Source: a virus
Lineage: Duplodnaviria; Caudoviricetes
Direction: 5' to 3' (one strand)
IMG/VR virus record: IMGVR_UViG_3300021387_000164
Coordinates: 35,056-99,055 of that record
Length of the DNA stretch: 64,000 nt
The notes below the pieces were generated by a model. The model saw only the letters and a program-made list of their open reading frames with translations. It was not told the origin of the DNA and did not search any database. The position numbers and the translations under genes were made by a program. Positions 37,101 through 51,200 of the stretch are shown here, one piece after another (positions within the stretch are counted from its first letter, which is position 1; every line of letters begins with the position of its first letter).

Positions 37101-40100
37101 ATAATATAGATTGGTCTAAGGAGTTCGATAATATTACTTTCAAAGACGGACACGCAGCAGATGTATTTAAAGAAATACAAGATACTATTGATGACGACAA
37201 TGATTTATCTTCTGTAATTGACGAAGACTTTGATGACCGTACTGATGATAATGGGGAAGAGGTAATAACACCAGAGCGTGCAGAGGCCGAGGAACAAAAA
37301 GTTCCAGTCAATGACCCAGAGAAGGAGTTTATTGACGATATAGAATCGGAAACACCAGAAGTTGTAAAACCTGTTCAGCCAGAGCCTACACCGGTACCAG
37401 AAACGCCCGTAGAGCCTATTTAGAAGCCTTCTGAGCCTGTTTCACCCGAGGAGTCTATAACTATACCAGAGCCCGTAGAAACGCCTTCAGAACAGCTTAA
37501 ACACGCTCCTAGAGAACAGCGTAAGCCGACTCCTAAACAGAGTTCTACTATGGTTAAGCTCAATACGATAGCAGAGCAATCTAAGAAGGCTGTAAAAGCG
37601 GTTACGCCCGAATATTATACTATTGAAATAGACGGCAAAGATCAAAATATTCCTCGCGTTCATACGATAATGCCTAAATATTGGGCGGCAGATGGAAGCT
37701 TCAACCCTTCTTTATAGATGGGTAATGCGTTTGATAATCTTGCTCGCGTATTCTTTGGTGATAAGAACAATCTCAATGAATACGAAGCAGATAAGGATGC
37801 TCTTGTAACTAAGCTGTACAATTCGTTTGCTTCTGACGGTAAAGACGAAAGATTGTCCAAGATGACATATGAACAGCTTATGCCGTCTAGAAAGGCGTTT
37901 GAAGAGACGATTGACGACTTATATGCGCTTGCAGACCAATATGATAGAAATGGTTGGGAGTTATCTACTGAACCAATTGTATGGCATGCAGAATTCGCCA
38001 ACGGACCAATTGCTGGTGAGACGGATATGGTTGCAGTAGACCAAGATGGAAACATCCATGTCATAGACTTTAAAACAGCTATGGCAGGTGCTGATACTGC
38101 AATAAATCCATTTGGAAGATTCGAAACGCGTTATACATATAAGATACCAGCAGAATTAGAGAATCGTAGATTGGCATTGAACGCTGGTGATTTTACTGTC
38201 GGGCCAAGACAAAAGGGTTTATCTAAAGAAGCCAGATTATTTATACACGATGTACGTAAGGCACTCAATAATAATAAAATAAAAGTATATTGGGATGCTG
38301 CATCTGAGCAAGCAGCTCTTTCTTATATTGATTCTAATTATTCTAAATCTGGAAATTCATCATACCGAGTAACGCATATGTATAACGATACTGTGAAAGG
38401 TTCTAAAGAGGATGAATATTCTGACCAGCTTACTGCATATAAAGAAATGATACAGCGTCAACTTGGTGATGTAGTTGGTATGGAGGTTGTAGGGTTTAGA
38501 GTTAAATATAGTCACGATGGTACAAATGTCACTTCTATAGAAAGTGTTCGTAATTCGGTTGACGGAAAGCCATTTAGAGTAATGGTTAACGTTAGTGACG
38601 AAATGAATAACATATTGAATGTTGAGGCAAGTGCACCAATGTTTGAAAACCCAGAGCCAGACCCTGTTGTAGAAGCCACTATGACAAACGAGGCCAACGA
38701 ACATGTGCGTACAGAGGAAATCAAAAAGGCTGACAATACTAAATTTGAACAGCCTGAACCAACTCCTACTACACCTGAAGAAATAGCTGCTATAAATGAC
38801 ATGGAGGTTAAGGGCCGCTCTAATCTGAATGATAAAGTTCTAGATAGAGACCATCCTACTCTCGTCAACGGTATCGTGTTCGATAAGAACTTTATTGCAG
38901 ATGCTATACAAGATGGTTCTGTAGAGGTGTTCACAGAAACAGTCAAAGATAGACGCGGCGAAGTACCTTCTGTATATGTAAACGTCACATATAAAGGCAA
39001 AACGTACAAGAGAATATTTGTATATGCAGACCAAACGTTGATTACGAAAGTACAAGCTCTTGAGAAGATTAAGCAGCCCGGACAAAAGATTGTCGCTACT
39101 AATATAAGTAGAACAAAGGGTGAGATTAAGTCTGGTGAAGTTAAGAATGTACTCGAATCTGGTCTCGTTGACCAACCGGTTGAGGAACTTGAGTTTACTC
39201 CACAGAACATGTCATTTGGATTTGTTAAGAATGGCAATATTGTTGCGTTCCCTAACAATGATACCAAGCAGCAGGACATTATAGGAAAGACAAGCGCTAT
39301 AGACGGAACAATGGTTTATATGAAGCGAATTCCTAGAACAGAGAGTGAAGGTGGTGATAAGTTTATCCCAGTTGCTGTTAGCAGACGCTCTCTTGCTGGA
39401 GACGCAGACTTTATCATTGACTGTCTTAAGAGAATAGACTCGATTGGTGTTCCATATACAACAGTTGTCAATGGTAACGATGTTTCTATAGGCGCAACAA
39501 GAAAAGACCTTCTTGACTTACTTATACCATATGTTGATGATATATCAAATTTCACAAAGACATGGTCTATAGTAAGAGACCCGAAGATACCTAGTATTTT
39601 CTATATAATAAATCCGCAAAAGCAAGCTGTAGCAAACGTTGATATTAGAAATCAGCAGTCCATTGATAACTTTAAGGAAGCTTTGAAAAACGTTCAGCTT
39701 GTTGAAAGACACGATGTGCTTGCTTGTCGAATAGGTTCTAACAATGCGACACCTGCGTTTGCTAAGATTAAGAAGTTCTTTGCCAACAATAAATCTGGAA
39801 TTAAGTCTTTAAATATATCAGAGAATCTTAAGTTTGAATTTGATGACTTTAAAGGCGCAGGATTAAGCGGTTTAGGCTGGTATGTTAAGCACGGTGTGTT
39901 CTCTAGTGATTATGCCGGAATAGGCGGTCCTAAGATGAGTGTAAACAATGTTGGTTTTGCAGAAAAGAAAAACAAACCTGTAGAGCCTACTAAGGTTACA
40001 ATAGCAGAAGATAATCTTCCTAAACAGGATGCTAGCATAATGGACTTTATGATTGGTAACTGGGGCGGATTAAGAAAACAAAAGGCTGTTGCTGATAATA

Positions 40101-43100
40101 AGAAGCCACTTCTTACTAGAGATACAATTAAGAAGAATCTTAGACCAATTCTTGGAGACCTTGTTGATGACCAAAGTGTTCTTACTATCATTGACACATT
40201 CGCCAATGACCCACGAGTAACGAATGCGATGGTCGTTGGTAAAGCTACTGCTGATGGTATTACTATTTATAATGAGGCGTTTGAAGGTGTTGAATTCCAC
40301 GAGGCGTTCCATAGAATATTCGAGTTGTTTGTACCAAAAGCTGTTAGAGAGTCAGTATATAATAAGGCTGCTAAGAACATAGGCGTAGATTTGTCTACTA
40401 GTACCAAGGACAATAATTATATTGGTCATAGACAAGTTGCTGAGTGGCTTGCAGACAAGTATATGGATAACCACTATAAGCAATATACTGGTATAGCATG
40501 GCTCGACAAGGTTCTTAATATGATTGCTGATTTTGTTAATGCGTTAGCACATATAAATAATTGGCAGTTATATAGAACATTCCTCGAAATAAACAGTGGT
40601 AAATATCGCAATAAGAAGACAGCATCTAAAGAAAACGTTGATAGATTTAATGAGCTTTTTGGCAACTTGAACTACGAGATTCATGGTACACAGTTTGAGC
40701 ATATTGTAAACGACCCAATGTATGAAGAGCTTAAGAATTCTGCATTCTATTGCTTACTGCTCGGACAAAATGTAGATGTATCTGGTTCGACTGTACAAAA
40801 TACACAAATATCTAGAGAGGCTATTAAACGTGGTGCAGAACGTCTTAAAGCACTTAACTATGATATATTTGGAACAGAAGTAGACCCACAGGATAAAAAT
40901 GCAGCTCAGTTGGCAATGACTGAACTTGTTGTTAAGTTCGAAGCTGTTGCGGACGACTTAGCAGCAATGATGGCAAACATATCTACGGATTATAGAAAGA
41001 TTATGCAGAACGATACTCGTGAAGATGTTGATGGTGGAGATTCTGCATCGTCTTACGATGAAAACTTTATGAAATGGTCGTACGAATTTGATAGATTCGA
41101 TAAGACCACCTCACGTGTAAAGTTCTTCTTTGCTACAATTCCAGATATGCGATACGGAGAAGATGGTAAACCAGAGTTTGCTACGAATAGTCTTGGTATG
41201 CCACAGCTTATTCCTATGAACTATGTATTCAATGAAGTACTTAGTAATCTTTGGGACGTTGATACTGTCGAGGAGGTTATTTCCAGACTTTCTTCTCTTG
41301 CTATTACAGACCCAATGTACTCGGCGATATTGAATAATTTAAATAGCATTGTAGCTGACGCTAAGAATACGAATAGTCCTACAAACGCTGACAGCGAAGC
41401 ATTGTTAGCACAGCTTATGACTACTATACGTTCTAACAGACATACGTTTATGTTACTTAGAACAGTACACAATGCGCAAGGTTCATACGATATTGTATTA
41501 CAGCGTTCAGATGCTGATTATAATGCTCGCGTATTCCCAATTCAGTGGTCGCAAGTGCTCGCTAAGGGTGGTTCTGAAGTATTAAAGTTGAATAAATACG
41601 GAAGCGTTGTAATCAATCCAAACAACGAACAGGCTGCATACATATTCAGTACCATAGCTGACCTATTCAACCAAATTAAAGATGCAACATCTACCGTAAA
41701 TAATGGTAAGGGCTTGATAGGTATTCCTTCTGTATTTGAATACGAAGACTCAATGGGTAACCGCAACACCGGTACTGCTTGGATTGAAGGTAGATATACA
41801 GAAGATATTACAGACCCAGCTGGTTGTAAGATTGTTAAAAACCTGATTGTTGAGAGCTTAAATAGTATAGGTATTAATATACACATTGAAGAGCTCGAAT
41901 ACATGCTTAACCACAAGTATGGCTCTTCTGATTGGGAAGCAATTAAACAAATGGTTCAGTCTACTGATGATACAGACTCTATTTCATCGTTCTTATTCTT
42001 CTTGAATAACATCGTAAAAGACGGCAAATTAAACTTGACTACTGATGGAATGTTTACGAATCATATGGGAAGACAAGTTCCATTTGAGAATGTTTACTCT
42101 GATATGGCATTTGTAAATGAGCTTGGTAATTGGAAGTATGAGTTTAGACACGCACACGACCAATTATCTGTACTTGCTACTGGCGGTAATAGATTCTACG
42201 AAATGTCCGACAACGACTATATGTCCGATGTATTAAGAGACATGAATAAGCGTGGTAAGTTCTTCAGAGACCTTAAAGGTGACCCGTATAATTATTATAC
42301 AGAGACAAATAACTTCGACGAAACTAACGAATATGGTTCTATTACAATCAAACAGCTGTCATTGAACCCAGAAGCAAAACTTGCGTTGAAACATTTTATC
42401 GGGTTTAAAACTGATAAACGAGGTGATGAAGGACAAGACTACTTCGAGATTAGTAGACGTGAGGACTATCTGTCTAAGGTTGGTATTCTCGAACATGACG
42501 GAATGATTTCTCTTACTCTTTCTGATAAGAAAAAGTATGTATATATAACAGGCGTTAAGTTACCAGGTGTTGATTATTCTGCTATAAATAAAAGTAAGAC
42601 ACCTGTGATAGATGTTGCTAATCTTGCGTCACAACAGATATTTGTTCCTAGTGAAGGCATTAGTAATACTTACGACATTCAACAGCTTGAGGATGTTGTA
42701 GAGCAAATGCGTTCATATGCAATTTCAGAATATCAATCCATTCTTGCACAGGCAAACAAGCTGAATGACGGTCATAGAAAAATAGCCAACTTCGATGACA
42801 ATGGCCAGGGATTAAGATTCTCTTCGCTCCTTGGTGTATGGGAACCTACTTACGATAAAGAAGGAAATGTGTCTGGAGAACAGTTCATTTCGTTCAATGA
42901 CGGTAGACATGCATGGCAAGACGATTTGCGCATGGCTGAAATACATTTCTTCGACAAACCAGTAGAGGAACAACAAGCGTTACTTAGACGTATACTTACC
43001 AAACAGGCTGTTAATGAACTTGATACTGCCGAAAAACTTGGTCTTATTAAGAAGGTTGGTGATAATAAAAATCCATTCCTAAACTATAAGAACAGCGGTT

Positions 43101-46100
43101 TAAACAATAAGGTAATCGAGTCAATCAAACTGTCATATCTTGAGAAGTATAAAATGTATCCAAAGTTCACAGAACAGATGGCTGAATCAATGGCTATTAC
43201 TGTTTATATGAACGATATTTCTAACAAGGCTATAATGTCTGGACAGGAAATGGAACGCTTATTCTCAGGTAATCCTTCATTCTATAAGTGGAAGTATGAT
43301 AAGCTTGGGCACTTAATAGACAGAACTGTCGACGAGCTTAAACGTCTTGGCGGTCTTGGTTCTACTGGTAATAATAACTTTACTCAGTTAGAGGGTATTC
43401 CTGCTAAATATTTAGATAAAGACGGGAACTTTACCGGCGAATATGTGTGTGCAGAGGTTGACAACGAAGTGGTTGGTTCTCCGCAGTACAAGGAAATGAG
43501 AGACAAGATGTATGACGGACAACTCAGAAGTCTTGTTATTGATTTTGAATTGTCTGCTCGCGTAAAGGAGGCCGAAGAGCTTTATTCTAGAACAAGAGAA
43601 AATATTAATAAGAATAGGGATCTTGACAGACGTGAGAAAGACCTTGCTATCGCACAGGCGCTGTCTGAACATAATCTTCATTTAATCGAAATTAACGATG
43701 AGGTTTGTGATAAAGTAGATAATGCTGAAATAAGTGACCTTGAAAAAGATTATCCAAACCTTGCAGAACAGGCTAAGACACAGGCTGACGAGGTTTCAGA
43801 CGCATTAAAGCTTACGATAAAAGAGGACGGCTCCAAAGAAGGTATTGATGTAGCAGATGGTGGAGCTTATGTAAGTGATACTATGTGTGAAATGCTTCTT
43901 AGAATGGAAGGTGCTTATAGTAAAGAGATACAAGAGGCTTTCAAGATTTTAAGAGGAGAAACAAAATCAGATTATCTTGGTCAAATAGATGCTTATCAGA
44001 AGGTTCTTACTAGTGTAATAGGCAACCAGAAATATACAGCATTCGGACGTAGGTTACAAAATGGAACGTCTGTTCCATACTATCACAAGATGGCTCTGTT
44101 CCCAATCTTTGACTGTATTGCAACTGGTAAGATGCGTAACATATACGATAAGATGAAAGAGCAAGGTGTTGATATGCTTCTTGTTAACTCTGCGGTTAAG
44201 GTTGGTTCTGAGGGTTCTAAACCGATCGATTGGAATAAATATAGACAGACCGATGACCCAACTGACGAAAACAACTTTAACGGCGACATCGCTTACCAAA
44301 ATTGGAAGCCGATGTTTAAAGATGGGTTCAACTTTAACACATATAAATGTGATTTTGACTATCTTAGAAAGCAGTTAAATACCGACCCTAAAGAGGAACA
44401 TATGCTCCGAATGGGTACTCAGATGCAGAAAGTTGTATATTCCAACCTTGTTCCAGGTCGTGTATATAAAACTCAAGACGGAGAAGAGTTGCGTGGTAGA
44501 GACCTTCTTGCTAGAATCATGGAATCGTCCAACAAGCTTTCTGATATTGGTGTGGATGAAATCAACAAACGGTTCTTTGTAACAAACGAGAACGGTGAGA
44601 TTATTGACGCTAGTGGAAATGTTATCCTCGATAGAAATTCTGACGAGCGCATGCTCGATATAGAGAAATTCTCTAAAGAGGTTAGTAGATTAATGAGCGA
44701 GAGAGGTGCTGACAAGAATGTTATGCATGCATTGGAGCTTGTAACATCTAACAAGGGTTCTAAACAGTTATCTATTCCACTTGGCGCCATATCTAATGCC
44801 GGATGGCTTGAGAGTGTACTTATTTCTATGCTTAATAAAGATATTGTAGATGTAAATACACCGGGAGCATTCTTCATTCAACGTTCTGTATGGGCTATGC
44901 AAGGCATGAAGATGGCAGATGGTAAGAAGAAGATATTAGGAGACCTTAGTTCTAGAAGCCTTTATGATGGCGAGCGCTTGAAGATGGTAAATGAGAACAA
45001 CTCTATGGACGTTGTATTATCATTAGATTTCTTCCAGCACATCTTACCACAAGTACCATCTGGTGAATACGAAACAGACGAAGACGGCAACTACGTATAC
45101 GAAAGGGGTGCAGGTGGTGCATATAAAGTAGATGAACATATGCAGCCTATTCCTAAGAAGAAGATGCGTGATATGACGTTTGATGAGGCTAGAAAGTGGC
45201 TTATTCGAAAAGGTATTATCGGAAAGAACGCCAAGCCTAGCATTGTTTCATATCGTATTCCTACTCAGGCAGAATCTTCTATTCATGCTCTACGTTGTGT
45301 CGACGTGATACCTGTTGTACGAGACACTATCATTTATCCAGAAGAGTATACTAAGGAGACTGGTAGCGATTTTGACATCGATAAAGACGGATTGTCTACT
45401 CTTAATTATCACAACGGTTCGAGTGATTTTAAAGAGGGTACTAAGGAATATTATCAGAATAGACTTATTAAAGATTATATAACACTTCTTACAGATAGTA
45501 GAACACAACATATTCTTCATAGGTCTATCGATAATGATACTAAGCTCCTTAAAGACGTGCTTAAGAAGATCGAAAAGAATACCGACAAGCGTGAAATGCC
45601 TTATGGCTTCTATTCATTGTCAGCACAGACAGAGCGTAAGGATGACTATATTACTGGTAAGATTGGTATCGGACCATTCGCGTTGAATAACAACAACCAC
45701 ATTCTTACTATGCTGTACGGCGTCAAGTTTAAAGACTTTGATGGTAGTATCATGCATGAACTTGGCCTTACAGATTTGTCTGGTCACACTGATAAAGAAG
45801 GTAATTCGATTATGTCTTGGTTGTCCGCTCTTATCAATGCCCACGTGGATATTGCCAAAGACCCGTACATTAGTAGATTGAATGTTGGTCCATTTACTTA
45901 TAATTTGGTTAACACTCTTATCCGTACTGGGCTTGGTGCAAAGACGTTCTACTTTACTACGCAGCCTATAATGAAAGAACTCGCAGAGGCATATAATCGT
46001 GCTGGTAGTTCTTATATGGCTGACCCTTACAAGTCTAAGCATCAACTACAAAAAGACGCAATCGAGACAGTCGGTAAAGATAGATTTAGTGATGTTACTA

Positions 46101-48253
46101 TTGGTGAATGGTCATTTGATGACTTAGTTGAAGGTGTAAATGACCCGAAAGATACGATTATTAAGCCTGTAATAAACAATTATATCCGTCAGATATTTAA
46201 TGAGGGTACACTCGAAAGCAATGCCAATAGAGATTACGATGCATCAATTGGCGCCGATGTTCTTCCTGTAAGGACAACTGTTGACGGAGAGGGTAAGATT
46301 GAGAAAGTTTCTCTTAATGCAGACCAAGTTCAGCTGCTTATGTATCTCGCATATTTACAGTTTGAGCCATACGCATTGTCTGTATCTAATCTCGTTAAAT
46401 ATTCTAAGATTGATACCAAGAAACATGGTAAGAGTTATATTGAACAGCAAGTATATTTGAGAGGATTCAATAGACTGTTTGATAGTAGTACAGGTGGTTT
46501 ATTCGAACAAGAAGGCCTCCAAAGATTGTCTAAACAGTCATATATCGAACTTAAAACTACTAATGCTATTTCAATGACAAAGAATATCCTTAAAGGACAA
46601 TTCTTACAGGCTACAAATGCATTTGATAATGCTATACAGCAAATACTCAATATGATTGGAAAGCCCGACTCTTTAAATGTTGATTTGTGGAATAGTATTT
46701 CTGGTGCAATAAACGCTTCTATTAAGTCAGAGTTTATAAATATCTATGCTGGTAGCTTGAGACCAGGTAACGATACATATATACATGACTTGGTTAGTGA
46801 AAGCGAACAGACATTTGAATATACTCAATCTGCAAATAGTAATGTTATTAAACTTGCTGGTACACCAAAATATAGTCTTACGTCGTATATAAACAAAAAA
46901 GCTTATGCTTCATTTGTTCATAATGGTAAGAAATGGAATTTCACATATACTATTATTGGTTGTGATGACAAGAATAATACATTGATTGTGGATACTCCTC
47001 GTAAAGTGCATAACAACGGAACAATACGTATAACCGGTGGTGAAAACACAATTTACGATAGGTTCAATAGGCTTGCTATAGAATTACGAGACGATGTTCA
47101 ATACGCAGATGTTTTGGATGCTGCTGGAGAGCCTAGAAATATGTTATTGAGAAGCCTTGTAACTGGTAAGACGTTTGATTATAAGCCATTAGCGTTTATA
47201 CCAAACTACCAAGTAAGAGAAGGTTCTGATACGTATGAAACACTTAAGTTTGTTAAGTTGTTTAATGCGCTCGACCAGAATGGAGTTGAATCTAATTTCA
47301 TTATAGACGCTTGGGATGAGTTACTTCACGATGACAAACATCCTAAACTCAAAGAGTTTGCGGAAGACCTTGTCGTATATGCGTTTGTAACGTCTGGTGA
47401 CCAAGGTGGCTTTACAAAATTCTTCAAGCAAGTACCTTTGTCTTGGAGAAAAGAGTCTGGTTACGGTGACTTTATTAATAGAAAGTTAGTAGAATTCCAA
47501 TATGGTGATATTCCAACGGAACAGCTACAAGATGTAATTCTAAATAACTGGCATAACAGTACACTTGTTCCTAAGTACGAGCTGCTTGATAAAAATAAGC
47601 AACCGAACTTTATGGCTTACCGTGGAGAAGCTGCTGCCAATGGATTCATTGACGTATACACATATCCTACTATCATGGCTGCGTTGAAGGATAACAATGG
47701 CAAGCTTGAGGTTTCTATTGACCCAGACAACGCACCTGTGTTTATAAAGATACCTAGACGTATCGATAGAGATGCAAGAGATAGTCAGCGTAGGGTTACA
47801 GTATATAAGCGTGTATCTTACGGTATGCGTAGAAGTTCAGATGGTTCTTGGGTTCACTATCCAATATACGTTAAAGTAGAACCAAAGGGTAACTTACTTA
47901 AGGGTAATTTCCTGATGACTGAATATGGTCGTGAAGACTCTCTGCATAAAGAGTATGGTCCAAGTGAGGATGGTATGAAGAAGATGTTTGCTCTCGGTGA
48001 CTTTATTGAGCGCAGTGTTGTACAAGAGTATAATAAAAAGTGGGGTTCTGTTTTCTCTGGTATGATAGAAGATATGAACTATCAGTACTTGTTCGAAAAT
48101 CGATTTGGTCGTGACGAAGAAAGATTTACAAAGGCGTTAAATAGTAAAAACGACAATGAAAACGCGGAAGAGCAGAACGGTCTTTCTCAAGATCAAATTG
48201 ATCAACTTAAGAAGGAAGCTGAAGAAATTAAGAAACAATGTAAAGGTGAATAA
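34142..48253 (+). CDS. Giant virion RNA polymerase polyprotein, 4703 aa (TAG at 34664, 37421, 37715)
   Basis: Single frame across three track ORFs; RNAP catalytic GSDFDIDK (~45368) with YRIPTQ; zincin HEAFH (~40298); PD-(D/E)xK GETD...IDFKT (~38015-38074). Confidence 0.85.
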
Positions 48254-48255
48254 TT

Positions 48256-51200
48256 ATGCAAGCATTTTGTCCAAATTTAAACAATAAAAATATTAAAGCT
48301 GAGTTTGAAGAGCTCAAGGAAGCGCTAGGAGAAGACCTTGCATATCTTACCTGGCATAAATCAGAAGGCGAAGGTCTGGGGAATCACCCAGGCCAAGCCG
48401 ATTCTGAGGCTTTTAAGGCTGTTTTAGACAGCAAGCTTGGTAATCGTACAGAAGCTATAAAACAAGCCGCCAGAGACCTTATAATAAGCAAAATAACGAC
48501 TTCTACAAACGACAATGCCCAGATTGCTTACGACATCGCTGACCTTATTGATAATGAACGCAAAGTTTATGTTGACAACGTTGTAAATAATTATATAAAG
48601 TCGAATAGCGACGCGTCTCCAGAGCAAATCAATTCTATTAAAAACAAAGCTCGTATCGAGTATAATAAACAATCTATACAGCGTATAGCTCCAGATAATA
48701 GAATACCGAGCGACGTAAAAGATATAATTAAAACGGCTCTTTTATACGAAGACCTGCACAATGCCGAAGGTATTCAGCCAATATTGGACCGTGCTAACGG
48801 TGTATATGATTCTTCTAAACACCTAACAGAGAAGGATAAAGATATATTTAGACAGATTAAGCAGGGTACTAAAACCCGTCTTCGTTCACAGTTTAGTAGA
48901 ACTATTAAGAAGACTAGGTTGATTGATGAAATCAAGAATCAACTTAGCATGATTAATAGTAAAGATGAGGATTCTGTCGATGATGTATTCTACGTTATAG
49001 AAGATTTCCTGCAGCGTGCAGAATTTGAAATAAGTAGAACCACTACGTTTGTAAAGTCAGAGCTTGGTGATGACTTGTCTAAGTGGAATCCACAACAGAT
49101 AAACTATATTAGACAAGACTTGATTGGCTATTATGAAGGTCTATTAAAGTCTATTAAAGGTTTGTTTAATGGCGATTCTGCTATTGCTAAAGCAAATGAA
49201 ATCCGCAGAGAAGACCCGGTTGCGATGGATTTGGAGCACGAGGTAAATCAGCTATATAATGACATCGTAAACCTGCAAGAAGATTATCAGAGTACAGTTG
49301 TAATGCCATACGCAGAAAAGGTGTTGGTAGACTTCGTAAACAATTCAGATGTTATTGAAAACAAAGACCAGTTTATCAAGAACATGAAAACGTGGTTATA
49401 TCAAGATACTGCATACGGTGATTTGGCTGCTGGAGAGGTTGTTATTGGTATGGCGTCTAGGTCAAGAAGTCCTATTGTACGTATCATTGAAAAGATGATG
49501 TCTGACACCGAATTTGAGCGCAACAGACGCGTTTTAAAGAAGGGCAAGGAACTTATTAAGCTCTATAATGAAATACGTCCTGTAGGCTCTCAAATAAGCT
49601 TCTCAAACTTCCAAAAGACGTTTATGGAGCTCGACGGTGAGGATGGTACTACTGGTCAGCCCACGAGTTATTTTGTACGTGATAGAAATTATGGTCGCTT
49701 CTATAAAGAGAAAGACGAGTTTGAACAAAAGCTTAGACAAAAATACGCCGATAAAGGTGTAACGTTTACTATAAATGAATATAGTGGGCTTGTTGAAACT
49801 CATTTCCCAGAAGAAGACTATACTGCCGATAACTCTATATACAATCAATACTATGACGAGCTCGATGAATGGCTGGATAAGCATTGTGAACGTAGATATA
49901 CTTTGGAATACTATAAGAAAAAGCGTAGATTTTTATCTCCAGAAGCTCTTGAAGCCCAATCTATGATACAGCACCAGATTGATATTCTGTGTCAGAAAGC
50001 TATGACTGACGATGGCTGGGTTGATACAAACAAGTTAGACCCACATGAGCGTCAAAAACTTAAGAGCCTTAGAAAGGAGAAAAAGGATTTAGCGTGTCCA
50101 TATATCTTTAGAAACAACACAGACAACATCGTCGTATTAGAGAGAAAGGTTGGTAAGGAGGCTGAAATCGCAGAACAGATTGGCAAATGGAATAAATACA
50201 TAGAAAAGCATATAAAATATAAGCCAAATAAAGAGAAATTTGAGGCAGCTCTTTCTAAGTATCCAAAAGATTCTATTGAATATAGAAGGTTCTTAGCCGA
50301 CAATTATATTCTGCGTATTAATCCAGAGATATTTGATGCAATGCGCCATTGGTGGACTGGTATGTTTACTAGTTATGGAGAAGAGTACGAATCACTCCAA
50401 AACCGCCACAGAGCAATTCTTTCCCACTTGAAAGAAGTAGAGGGTTATGGTGAGCCTAACTTAAATAAACTCGGTACTGGATTAAATCAAGACTCATCTG
50501 TATGGAGAGAACTTCAGTATCTTGAGCAGGAAATGGCTAATATACGTAAAGAATACGAAGCCGAGCATGGTAAGAAGGTTCACGCAAATAATGAAGAAAA
50601 CGAAGAGGTTCCTCAGTTTATAATTTCTAAGTCTATACTATCAGAAGATGGTAGCCAGACGTTATATGATTATATTAGAACATTATATATAAATCATCCT
50701 GGATTGCAGCATAAGAATTTGGAAGAGTTTGCCAAGTTGTTTACTTATACTGACCACAAGGGTACTTTGAGGGTTCTTAAAGCATTTAGTGTTGTAACAC
50801 CTGTTGCTGATACGTTTAAAATAAACCCTCTTGACGAAACCGAGGAGGAAAAACCATCTTTTATTAAGACATATTCTAGCCAATTCTCCGAATTAGATGA
50901 GTCTTCTGACTTTGTTAATAGTAATTGGAAGAAGGAGCTTAAAACTTCATTACAGCCAAAAATCAGAAAGCCTGGTACTCATAGACATCAAGGCGTAATA
51001 GATTATACTAATGACCAGTATAATAAGATTATGTCAAACGAAAAGTATAAGAAGTTCTATGATGCTATAATGTCTACTATGGATGAAGCCAATAGCATGA
51101 TACCAACAAGAGCAACTGAACGTTCATATCTTATGCCACAAATAACAGCGAGAGGTATGCAAATGCTTGGTCGTTCTCGGTCTATTCTCGATTTGCAAAG

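Noticed and set aside
7599-37717. Pseudogenised or degraded prophage explanation for fragmented ORFs
   Set aside because: Every interruption is an in-frame TAG, never TAA/TGA or a frameshift, and essential motifs are intact.
8097-37718. Track ORF starts directly downstream of TAGs (e.g. 8097, 8835, 9990, 18114, 24409, 25332, 27826, 28768, 33062, 34709)
   Set aside because: Internal codons of longer recoded genes.
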